From Eledone cirrhosa (lineage: Eukaryota), in the NCBI GenBank assembly GCA_964016885.1, contig OZ024740.1, positions 144,894,001 to 144,958,000 on the forward strand: a stretch of DNA of 64,000 nt, in the 5' to 3' direction. A program made the position numbers and the translations under genes. Below are positions 25,721 to 36,075 of this stretch, in pieces. The notes under the pieces are model-generated. The model was not told where the DNA came from. It was given only the letters and a program-made list of their open reading frames with translations, and made no database searches. Every line of letters begins with the position of its first letter. The first letter of the stretch is position 1.

Positions 25721-27185
25721 GTAGTATGGTATAGTGCTGGTGGTATTGGTATGGTATAGCGGTGGTGGTGGTATGGGATAGTGGTGGTGGTAGTGGTATG
25801 GTATAGTGGTGATGTTAGAGGTATGGTATAGTGGTGATGTTAGAGGTATGTTATAGTGGTGGTGGTAGTGGTATGGTGTAGTGGTGGTGGTATCGTATAG
25901 TGTTGGTGGTAGTTGTATGGTATAGTGGTAGTTGTATGGTATAGTGGTGGTGGTAGTGGTATGGTATAGTGATTTGGTATAGTGGTGATGTTAGCGGTAT
26001 AGTGGTTGTGGTAGTGGTATGGTATAATGGTGGAGGTAGAGGTATGATATAGTGGTGGTGGTGGTAGTGGTATGGTATTGTGGTGGTAGTAGTGGTATGC
26101 TATAGTGGAGGTGGTATGGTATGGTATAGTGGTTATGTTAGAGGTATGGTATAGTGGTAGTGGTATGGTATAGTAGTGGTGGTAGTGGTATGGTATAGTG
26201 GTGATGTTAGTGGTATGGTATAGTGGTTGTGGTATGGTATAGTGGTAATGTTAGTGGTATGGTATAGTGGTGGTGGTAGTCGTATGGTATAGTCGTGATG
26301 TTAATGGTACGGTATAGTGGTAGTGGTACGGTATAGTGGTGGTGGTAGTGGTATGGTATAGTGGTAGTGGTATGGTATAGTGGTGGTAGTGGTATGGTAT
26401 AGAGGTGGTGGTAATGGTATGGTATAGAGGTGGTGGTAGTGGTGATGGTATAGTGGTGATGTTAGAGGTAAGGTATAGTGGTATGGTATAGTGGTGATGA
26501 TAGTGGTACGGTATAGTGGTGGTGGTAGTGGTACGGTATAGTGGTAGTGGTGATGTTAGTGGTATGGTATAGTGGTGGTGGTAGTGGTATGGTATAGTGG
26601 TGGTGGTAGGGGTGATGGTATAGTGGTGGTGGTAGTGGTATGGTATAGTGGTGGTGGTAGTGGTATGTTATAGTGGTGGTGTTAGTGGTATGGTATAGTG
26701 GTGGTGGTAGTGGTATGGTATAGTGGTTGAGGTAGTGGTATGTTATAGTGGTGGTGTTAGTGGTATGGTATAGTGGTGATGGTAGTGGTATGGTTTCGTG
26801 GTGATGTTAGTGGTATGGTATATTGGTGGCGGTAGTGGTATGGTATAGTGGTGATGTTAGTGGTATGGTATAGAGTTAGTGGTATGGTATATTGGTGGCG
26901 GTAGTGGTATGGTATAGTGGTGATGTTAGTGGTATGGTATAGAGGTGGTGGTAGTGGTATGGTATAGAGGTGGCGGTAGTGGTATGGTATAGTGGTGATG
27001 TTAGTGGTATGGTATAGTGGTGATGGTAGTGGTATGGTATAGTGGTGATGTTAGTGGTATGGTATAGTGGTGATGGTAGTGGTATGCTATAGTGTTGATG
27101 GTGGTATAGCGATATTGTGGGGTTTGTGGTATCATGGTAGTGCTCTCGTGGTATGATGATGCTAGTGGAGATAGTGGTATGGTAG
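25721..27185. repeat. Degenerate ~25-bp minisatellite (GGTATGGTATAGTGGTGGTGGTAGT / GGTATGGTATAGTGGTGATGTTAGT)
   Basis: Visible imperfect tandem units sharing the TATAGTGGT and GGTAT motifs and strand polarity with the main satellite. Confidence 0.9.
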
Positions 27186-27604
27186 TTTTGACAGCAGAGG
27201 TGGTGATCTCGTTGATGTTGTTTGATGTGTAAAGGCTTTCCACTGGTGACCATCCCTTATGTACATAGGACGGACATTGTTCAATGTCTCTGGCAGATTT
27301 GGCTGCTATTTGTAACGGATCCAACGAATTTGAAGAGGGATTCGGTTGGGGGGGAGGGTTATTGAATGTAGTGGTCAATGAGTTATAGAGCGATGATGGC
27401 AGTGGTACAGTGGTAGTATTGGCGTTAGTAGTGGAGGTGGTGATGGTATGGTGAAAGTGATGGTGATGTTTGTGGTGGTCGTGGTGATAGTTATAATTGA
27501 GGGTGGTTGTTGTAGCGGTGATTATTGTTGTGGTGTTGGTGGTTGTCATTAGACATTCCATTATGACCACTGTTTTCTTTTCGGACACATTATGCAATGT
27601 CTCT

Positions 27605-27750
27605 TTTATATATACATACATACATGCTTACATACATTCATGCGTATATACAAACATGCATACCGACATACATGCGTGCAAACATACATATATGCATACA
27701 TATATACATGCATACACACATACATGCACGCATGCATACATGCATACGTG
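27605..27750. repeat. Imperfect (TACA)n/(CATA)n microsatellite; a similar tract with (CTAC)n lies at 28235-28420
   Basis: Direct reading. Confidence 0.9.
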
Positions 27751-28429
27751 ATGGCTGCAACTCAATCACGAATAATGCCATCGCTTGATACTTAAGTATG
27801 AGCATCATGGACGTGGCTTTTTAGTCTTTTGTCAGCAAAAGCATGTATCGCAAAAAATGTCAAGCGATGCCTGTGCTTGAAGCTTTTTTTAAGTGAGGAA
27901 AGGCTTTGCATGGGGCCAATCCCACTCTCTGATCATCGAATGCATTTGCCCCGAAAGAGGAACTGGTCTACATGCAAATGAAGTCGTAGGTTTTATATCA
28001 GAGTGACCTTCTTTTAGAGAGATGTCTTAATGAAGACTATGAGTCTCTCGCTCCACAAACAAACAACAAAAAGACTTTATTGGATGGCCGTTGACTCTCC
28101 TGAGTTCCTCCGCCCCTTGACGAGTTTTGTTTTTCATTCCGCAGGATGTCCAAAATCAGCCTCCTCACCAAGCATGCTTGGTACAGGTTGCACTGGGTTA
28201 CATGTTACCAGTAGTGCTGAAGAGCGACCTGATATAATATACATATATATATATATGCATACATACATGTATTCACACATACATACATACATTCATATAT
28301 GCATACAAACTTGCGTACATACATACATACATGCATTCATACACATACATGTATACCTACCTACCTACCTACCTACCTACCTACCTACATGCACACATAC
28401 ACACATACATACACTTAGCATATAATTAC

Positions 28430-28530
28430 TTCTACTTTTGGCACAAGGCCAGCAATTATCCCAGTGCATTACTGGTACTTTATTTCATCGACCCTGTAAG
28501 GATGAAAGGCAAAGTTAACTTCGGGATTTA
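28430..28530 (-). mobile_element. SINE 3' fragment (family A, short form)
   Basis: TTTTGGCACAAGGCCAGCAATTATCCCAGTG...GATGAAAGGCAAAGTTAAC recurs at ~41020, 49684 (opposite strand), 50620 and 60940. Confidence 0.8.
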
Positions 28531-28599
28531 TATAATGTTGTTTAGATTCAAAAGCTGTTCTATAAAGCTTTCTAATTTGGATGGGAGTTGCTGTCAGGG

Positions 28600-28671
28600 G
28601 TCGTTTAGCTCAGTGGTTAGAGCAGTCAGCCGGTATCGGAAAGATATGAAATTAGAATCCTCGTAGCGACT
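28600..28671 (+). pseudogene. Degenerate tRNA-like sequence (tRNA pseudogene or SINE head)
   Basis: Perfect A-box/D-arm TAGCTCAGTGGTTAGAGC and acceptor stem GTCGTTT/TAGCGAC. B-box decayed (ATTAGAATCC), anticodon stem unpaired, T7 run about 9 nt downstream. Confidence 0.6.
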
Positions 28672-28836
28672 GTTGGTCATTTTTTTCCGTCTAAAGGAGT
28701 TTTTAACCAGATTTTTAAAGCTATTATTTATAGCAGCCAACTGTGTTTAGTTATTTTTTGCGTCTAAGTTTCCCACGTTTTCTATGAATTTCATAACCTC
28801 TCAGCGTTTCGATACTTTGCATACGATGTTATATCT

Positions 28837-28839
<3 letters not shown>

Positions 28840-28914
<75 letters not shown>

Positions 28915-28991
28915 CCTATTTTTTCTCGAAGTCCTGACTGCAGTTTCGCCTACTGTTTTGCAGAAAAGTGCAATCCCACAATCAGAGAACG

Positions 28992-29069
<78 letters not shown>
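28840..29069. repeat. Inverted microsatellite pair A(CA)34TATATA ... TATATA(TG)34T
   Basis: Counted: CA tract 28841-28908 and TG tract 29001-29068; 80-bp spacer between the 75-bp arms. Confidence 0.9.
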
Positions 29070-29070
<1 letters not shown>

Positions 29071-29349
29071 ATAAATGGGTAAGTTTCGAAAAGCCGATAC
29101 AATGCAATCGGAAAATATAAAGAGCAAAGGGTGATAAATGAAACAAAGCAAAGTAATATTTCACCCAGTATATTTCAACATCATATATCAGGGCTAATAC
29201 ATTCTTTTCAAATGTGAAATGGAAACGGTTCAAAATAAAAACGAACGATCGATATGCTCTTCTATAACTGGTCTATGTGTCTGAAATGAACGTGCGTGAA
29301 GTCGTTGTAGTAGCCAATCTGCTTCGTGCTTTTTCAATCTATTATTTAT

Positions 29350-29630
29350 CAGTATTTGAGGGGTTTTTTCTAGTTGATGATGTTGGCCTCTTTGATTATA
29401 AAATTGACCACATTCCTTTCCATTGCCTCTATGGCGACCTCAATTTCTTGGTTGCGGATCTGTTAAGATATTTTTTAACAGAAGACGCTTTCGTCGTCGT
29501 GCACTCCTTGATCCGTATGTACAGCATCTGGATGGTACTTCCGACGAACGAGGAACTACATTTTTTACATGTGACCTTGTAGACCCCTATACACTCTCAT
29601 GCACACCTCTGCGTTGTTGATGGAATGTGG
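29350..29630 (-). mobile_element. Penelope-like element remnant (GIY-YIG endonuclease C-terminus)
   Basis: Minus-strand translation GVYKVTCKKCSSSFVGSTIQMLYIRIKE matches the VYxxxCxxCxxxYIGxTxRxLxxRxxEH pattern; frameshifted downstream. Confidence 0.75.
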
Positions 29631-29636
29631 GCAATT

Positions 29637-29678
<42 letters not shown>

Positions 29679-29758
29679 GTAATAATAATAAATTTGAAGA
29701 CTAAAATCCAAAGAGGGCTCGATAAGGATAAATATATATCAAATATATAAGAACCGTA

Positions 29759-30028
29759 TGTGGTTAGAAAAAGCTATCTCACTTACCGCTGTTCATAGGC
29801 GCCGCTAAATCCCATGGCTGGTTTCTCCTCTTCCACGTGCGTCCAACTCATTAACACCGGGAGCTGCCAAAACTCGCGCCCACACCGTTCCTGGTCACCA
29901 CTAGAGAGAAGCCGATCTGCTGGCCCTTCCGGTCGATCACCCTTCCGGCCAAGCACCCTTCCAGTCAAGCACTCTTACGGTCGAGCACTCCCCAGCTTCC
30001 GGCCACCGCATGCCACACCATACCCACA
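29759..30028 (-). repeat. 3' LTR (270 bp)
   Basis: Direct repeat of 33683-33952 with 11 substitutions by my count (~4%). Terminal inverted repeat TGTGGTTA/TACCCACA. Confidence 0.97.
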
Positions 30029-30042
30029 CGCCCCCCCCCCCC
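30029..30042 (-). other. Polypurine tract (G12 on the element strand)
   Basis: C run separated from the 3' LTR by 2 nt on the + strand. Confidence 0.9.
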
Positions 30043-30046
30043 TGAT

Positions 30047-32860
30047 CTCAAGGATCAATTTCCCCCTCGTCCTTCAGCATATGAAAGTCTGCTGTTCAGG
30101 TTGGTGGTTTGCGACTTCTTTGCGATCTCCGCAGTGTTGGCGCGGTACTTTGGGTTTCCTCTTCCTCGGAGTCCGTTGACACAGTGATTCTACGGACATC
30201 CAGGACATGACGTGGTACTCCGTCCACGGACACATTGTTCTGGGAATTTACGGCCGTCACCGTTCCCCTTCCCCATTGAGATGTGCAACGTGCATCTGGG
30301 GGCTTAACCCAGACTTATTCGCCCACCTGCACGAATGCACTCTCTCTCCCCATTGGCCGTTGTGGTGGCGTGCACGGGTGCCGCCACTCGTATCTGAATA
30401 CTGCTCTGTGTGGCACCGATTCCTCGACCTGTCCCACCCGAGGGGACATGTTGTACCAGAACACTGCCTCCATTGGTGAGATATGGCCCCGCTCCGCCAT
30501 TGCCTTGATCGTCCGGTGCTGTCGCTCCACAATTCCATTCCCGCTCGGCCTGTGCGCTGCTTTGAAGAAACGGTCCACCTTCCATCCACCGAGCGGAACG
30601 CTGCGCTGTTGTCCATCAGCAGTTCGTCCACAGGGCCCCGCTCCAAGAACACCTCTCTCAATGTCCGCATGATTTCTTCGGCCGTTCCAGTCTTCATCTC
30701 CCTCCATATCGCCATCCGTCCTGGTCCACAGTCGACCATCGAGAGGTACGTTCCCTGTCGGTAGTGCGTTACATCCACCGCCAATCGCTTCCAGTCGCGA
30801 TCCACCGGGAGGCTTCCCGTTTCGTGCACACCCGGGGCGGCATCAATGGACTGACATCGGATGCAGCCTCTAACCACCCTCTGAACACTGTGTCTGTTAA
30901 CGTCCGAGTCGATTCTCCTGGCTAGGAACAGGCTCCTATCCACTCCCATGTGGTGCATGTCATGCAACCCTTTCAAAACCGACTCGGTCAGCCAACACAC
31001 GGCAGCTATCTCATCTTCTACCTCCTCCGGCGCTTCCATCCAGGCTTTCTTCACCCTAGTTAAGACGTCCGCCCTATTTTTCTCTGAGGGCACGAAAACT
31101 ACGCTCAGCCTCAGGTCGAACTCGGTGGCCAGCTCTCCTAAAGTTCCCAGGCGGCGCTTTATCAGCATATCCGCCGCCCCTCTCGTTCGCACTCTCTTCT
31201 CACTGGTGAGCACTGATCTCACCCATCCGAGTACAGTAGCCGAGTCGGTGCGTATCTCGATGGTGCGCAGTCCCCACCTCAGGGCGAGGTTCACCCCTCT
31301 CAACACTGCGTCCAGTTCGGCCACATTGATGTGGTTGCAGGCGTCCTTCTTCCTAAGCCAGGCTGCATCCTCGACCTCAACACCTCCTATCTCCAACGTG
31401 ACACCCAGCGCTATGCTGCTGGCATCGCACCATACAGTCCCGCTCTGCGATTTGGGAACATACCAGCGTCCCCGCACTGGGTCGTCGGCCTTCACCCTCC
31501 CAACGATCTCCTGCATCATGGCCACCGTCCTCTCTCCCACTCTGTCACTCCAAGTCACCCCGCCCGCTCGTCTCTTGACATAGCTGCATACCGTCCGGAG
31601 CCACCCAGCAATCGGGTAGTGACCCAGCAATCGGGTAGTGACCCACCAACTTTCCACACACCGAGAAAAGCTCCCGCCTACTCATACTTGGGCCCAGTTC
31701 TGGAACTTCATTTCCCCTCTGGAATACCAAGACGCCCGTCCTGTCCCGCCGTAGCCTAAGTCCCAGCGCGGCTCCTCCCTCCAACGCTTCTGACAGCTTC
31801 GCAGTCAGTCCATACTCCTGTAAATGGCTCGTGACCTTCACCGCCAACACCACAGACTCGTCCACTAGGATGTCGTCAATGTAGGAATTAGTGGCCCTCT
31901 TCATCTGGTCGGCCTTTCACAGAATGGTCTTGAGGACCGCCGCCATGATCTTCGGTGCGGAGCTCAGCCCGAAACCGAGCCTGGTCAGGCAATATGTCCG
32001 ACCCTTATACCTGACCAGCTGATACTGCCGGAGCTTCTCATCTATATGCAATTGCAAGTATGCCGACTTTAGATCTACGATTGCTGTCGGTTTCCCCACA
32101 GACATCCGTGACCTCGTCACCCGTGTGGCATGACACGTGCTCGTTCAGCTCCCGAAAGTCCAGCACCGGCCTCACCTTGTTCTTCGTGGGTTGCGCCACC
32201 GCCATTAACGGCAATACTCCGCACTTCACCTCCTCTTTCCAGGGAAACAGTATGCCCTCCTCAATCCATCTCTCTACCTCTCGCTCAAACTCGCCCCTAA
32301 TGTTTCCCTTCAATGTGTATTGATAGCAGCCCACTTTGGTCTTCAGTGTTGGTGGTTCTCCCTTCCAGTACCACTCAACAACCCATCGAACACGGCCTTG
32401 ACGTCTTTGTCCTGTACAGTGTAAGCGGGGTATTTCTCCTCGTGGGCCTTCTGGTTCTCCTGTAGCGTACTCACAGCGCATACTGATGCAGCATCGCCAA
32501 ACGGCACACCGACGTTGTTCACTGTGACGCCTCCTAGACGGCCATTTGCGTCCATGCCCATAACCACGCCGATCCCATCCACCACGTTGTCAACTACGAT
32601 GTCAGAAAGCCTTATTTTCCTTCCCCGTACCGCCATCTCCACCTCGCTGCGACCTCGGCATTCAATTTTCCTGCCGTCGACTGCCCTTACGCTGCTCTTC
32701 CCTCTCCACCTCTGCGCCACCCCCGCGGTCACCAGTGTCGTCGTACAGCCCGTGTCCACGAGGGCTCGCTGTGGCTTTCCCCTCACGAAGACTTCCACCA
32801 CGGGCAGCGCCTCTACTCGTAAGGGGCAACTACCGGCGCAGTAGTTCCCCTTGGATCGTT
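30047..32860 (-). pseudogene. pol: pol (aspartic protease, RT, RNase H, integrase), with stops and frameshifts
   Basis: PR: ALVDTGC. RT: RPVLDFRELN, VDLKSAYLQ, RLGFGLSSAP, YIDD. RH: WCDASS, NVAELDAV, RTDSATV. IN: HxxHH...CxxC, AVDVTH, LMDN, NGIVER. A 19-bp tandem duplication at 31603-31640 shifts the frame. Confidence 0.93.
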
Positions 32861-33572
32861 TCCCTGGTCGCAGTTAGTAGCGATTTGGCCTGGTCGCTTA
32901 CACCGGTAGCATATTATTTCCGGCCTTGACTCTCTACAGTCTCTAGCCATGTGCGGGCCCTGGCACCTAAAACAGCGACCTCTAAACGTTCGCGGGCGAC
33001 CGCGTGCCGTGGTTGCCTCCCTTTCACCATTTCGCTGCCAACTGTCTTGAGCCTCTGTAGTTGCTATCGCCGCGACACTCTTCTTGGCATCTTCTGCTTT
33101 GATTCGGGCTTGTTCCACCAGTGAACACATTTCCCTTTCTTTGTAACCCGGGACTTGCTGCAGTTTCACCGCTATGTCATCTGGAAATCCATTTATGAAC
33201 GCCAACCGCACCGTGCGTTCGCGTTCCACCTGATATCCAGCCAACATGGCCAATCGCCGTATTTCCGCTGCGAAAATGTCAACGCGTTAACCGTTCCATC
33301 TAATTCTTGCCAGCTTAGCAAAAGCGGCTAACGGTCCCTCTGCGAACGCTTCCATCATGCGCCTCTCAATCTTTTGCGCATCTTTGGCTGTGTTCATCCA
33401 ACTCAAGGAAGAGTACCAACGCGTCCCCCTCGAGGTACAGTGCTATGAGGCCAGCCACATCTTCTATCTTCTGTAAGCTTGCGACCAGCCGGACTTTTCG
33501 CAGCCAAGCGACAACATCGCCTTCACCGGTAAATGCCCTAATCGCTTCGCTCGTTCGTAGTCTCGTCGCCAT
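32813..33572 (-). pseudogene. gag: gag with two zinc knuckles (disrupted)
   Basis: ATG at 33572, CFRCQGPHMARDC and CYRCKRPGQIATNC; split across two ORF fragments. Confidence 0.88.
32821..32864 (-). promoter_or_regulatory. -1 ribosomal frameshift signal between gag and pol
   Basis: Slippery G GGA AAC in the gag frame, 5-nt spacer, then hairpin AAGGGGAACTACTG-CGC-CGGTAGTTGCCCCTT. The protease ORF is in the -1 frame. Confidence 0.85.
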
Positions 33573-33670
33573 ATCCTAATTTGTCTTGCGGTACGTGATA
33601 AAAAAAAAAACAACAGACTCCTCTCTGTTTTTCCAGTAGCTTTTTTTTCAATCAGATCTCAGTTTCCAGT

Positions 33671-33682
33671 GCCGAAATAGCT
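33671..33682 (-). other. Non-canonical primer-binding site AGCTATTTCGGC
   Basis: Abuts the 5' LTR, lacks TGG, and its complement GCCGAAATAGCT equals the 5' end of metazoan tRNA-Phe(GAA) as I recall it. Confidence 0.7.
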
Positions 33683-33952
33683 TGTGGTTAGAAAAAGCTA
33701 TCTCACTTACCACTTTTCATAGGCGCCGCTAAATCCCATTGCTGGTTTCTCCTCTTCCACGTGCGTCCAACTCATTAACACCGGGAGCTGCCAAAACTCG
33801 CGTCCACACCGTTCCTGGTCACCACTAGAGAGAGGCCGATCTGTTGACCCTTCCGGTCGATCACCCTTCCGGCCAAGCACCCTTCCGGTCAAGCACTCTT
33901 ACGGTCGAGCACTCCCCATCTTCCGGTCACCGCACGCCACACCATACCCACA
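33683..33952 (-). repeat. 5' LTR (270 bp)
   Basis: Pairs with 29759-30028; followed by the TSD CCGTA. Confidence 0.97.
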
Positions 33953-34051
33953 CCGTAGAGCAAATATTTATTATCATATAACAGATTAAAATTTAAGCAA
34001 AGAATCGCTGCTTTCACCCTTAACGGGATCTTCTGAAACTAGCAAAGTCAA

Positions 34052-34102
<51 letters not shown>

Positions 34103-34284
34103 TTCGCCCTCACAAATTTCAAATTCGACACAAATTCATGATATGACCTCTAGTAATGTTCCTTAATATCCCTAAATCCAGTAATAACATTTTTTACATT
34201 TTTTATAGCAACAATAATGAACGGATTCCCGTTTTCCTTCACACAACTTACAACTACTAGATAAGTTTTGGTAATAAACTAACC

Positions 34285-35050
34285 GTAAAGTCCCTTCTCA
34301 TGGTTTACTCCACGTTTTAGTAAACATATAATTGGACATATGCCTAAATAGTTCTTTAATATAATCAACAAAAAATTTCCGCAATCATATAAATACCCCC
34401 AAACTATTAACTAAAATATACTACCAAACTTTCCTTCTCAACAACACCTAATTTAGCAGATTATTTAGCCTCTAGCAACTGTGCTAAACTAAAAAAACTA
34501 CAGTTTGATATCAGACAATATCGCTAGTCCTACCAAAACAAATGCACAAGTAATTAGAGGTATGGTTCACCCTTGTAGAATTCTAAACCAGTTAAATAAC
34601 CTTAATACTGTATATAATACTCATGGAAACCCACTTGCTAACCATAACTGTAATTGCAGACAACCACAAAGTTATCTTCTTACCGATAATTACTTCATAT
34701 CTAACATGGTATATCAGTGCATAGTTTCTACTCCTAATGGTACTAAAGCTTAGATTAGTGCAACGTCGACTAGTTTTAAATCACGGTACTAATCCCATCT
34801 CCACTCTTAGGAATGTAAAACTGAGGAATTCTACCTCGCTCGCCAATTATGTATGAGTTTTAAAAAATTTGAATATCTTGGTCTCGTTTAAAAACCGCAA
34901 AATCTTGCGAGCCTGGTAGCCTAAAATTTAATTGAGTTTATCTGAGTGCCTCTTAATAACAAAGTCTAATCTAAATTTATTGAATAGGAAATCGGAGATA
35001 GTTTCAACGTGCCCGAACAGGAATTCCTATTCTTTATACTAGTGACCCTA
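34285..35050 (+). mobile_element. Penelope-like element remnant (linker plus GIY-YIG)
   Basis: Decayed translation WFTPRFSKH...KKFP...KLSFSTTPNL, CNCR...MVYQCIV...ATSTSFKSRY, LLNRKSEIVSTC; typical of PLE C-termini. Confidence 0.75.
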
Positions 35051-35479
35051 CTTAATAAACAATTTAATGTAAATTATCACTCCCACCTGCCCATATATTT
35101 AATAAGCAACATACTTCTTTTATAATAGACAATTGAGTTCCATGACATTAGTATTAAAATTAAGTCCACTAAAGTCCTCTTTAACTAGTTCTACATAGGC
35201 TGTGTGTATGTGTGTGTGCAGGTATGGATGTTGGCAACATAACCATGCATGATTTTTTGCCGAGAAGCACGCAGCTTTTCATCCATGGATTCATTGCGGT
35301 ATTGTTGTGCAATTTCTCTCGGTGTGATCTTTTGGTTATCATACAGGGAGTATTTTTCAAGAAGCTCCTTCCAAAATCTCATTATCATTAACGATTGTAA
35401 AATGGCAAACTACTGTACCATACAAGTTCTTGCCAGCCAGTGTTACCTTCATAATCCTGCTAACATATTATGGTTTCAT

Positions 35480-36075
35480 TGTAGCCTGCAAGAGATTATA
35501 CCAATAAAGATATTTCGACGAAGTTATCGTGATGATAGTGGCGGACGATCTTAGTGAGGACAAAGAACTCTCACTGACATCAGGAGTTTTAACCTTATGT
35601 TTGCAATATTCCATGTAGCAGACTCATGGAAGGCACCGACTACCAACCTACCCGATGCTTCTGTATGATTTGGAGACAGAAAACAATTTTAAATGATTTG
35701 AAGCAAAGAATTTTCATCGTATATTTTACAGGTCAAATGAAACAGATGCCACACAAGATGATGTCAGAAGATGGCTATAAGAATAGAAGGTGACCATGGA
35801 TATCGAGTGTTAACACAATAAGACATATCAGATGAAGTTCTAGTTAGTAACAGTAAAAATAGGGACAGTGGTAAAGACGATGAACCATTGCCCAAGAAAC
35901 TCAAACTCTGCTATACGAGAACCCCTAACGCCATTTCCTTCATTGACTTGTCAACAGAAACTGATATTTAGCAATATTATCAATATCTTAGATCCTTAAG
36001 TGGATTAATTATCCAGAAACAGCATAATCAAAGTAAGCAATTGAAACTCGACTCATTCTTCAAGTTAATTTACCC
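35480..36075 (+). mobile_element. Probable pogo/Tigger-like transposase C-terminal remnant
   Basis: FNLMFAIFHVADSW and terminal KQLKLDSFFK motifs; heavily decayed. Confidence 0.45.

Larger units (their letters stand above)
29759..33952 (-). mobile_element. Full-length decayed LTR retrotransposon (Ty3/Gypsy domain order PR-RT-RH-IN), 4194 bp
   Basis: Two 270-bp TG...CA LTRs, 5-bp TSD CCGTA (29754-29758 and 33953-33957), PPT, and gag and pol motifs. Confidence 0.97.

Noticed and set aside
27001-27621. 206-aa minus-strand ORF with a protein-looking middle
   Set aside because: The ends are low-complexity repeat. The middle (27240-27320) resembles the dispersed repeat also seen at ~46680-46790, 47715-47860 and 48725-48830.
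29783-29968. Duplicated 61-aa ORF (also 33707-33892)
   Set aside because: Lies wholly within the LTRs; the duplication simply reflects LTR identity.
30948-31583. 211-aa + strand ORF and other antisense ORFs within the LTR and RTE elements
   Set aside because: Expected shadow ORFs opposite GC-rich coding sequence; no motifs.
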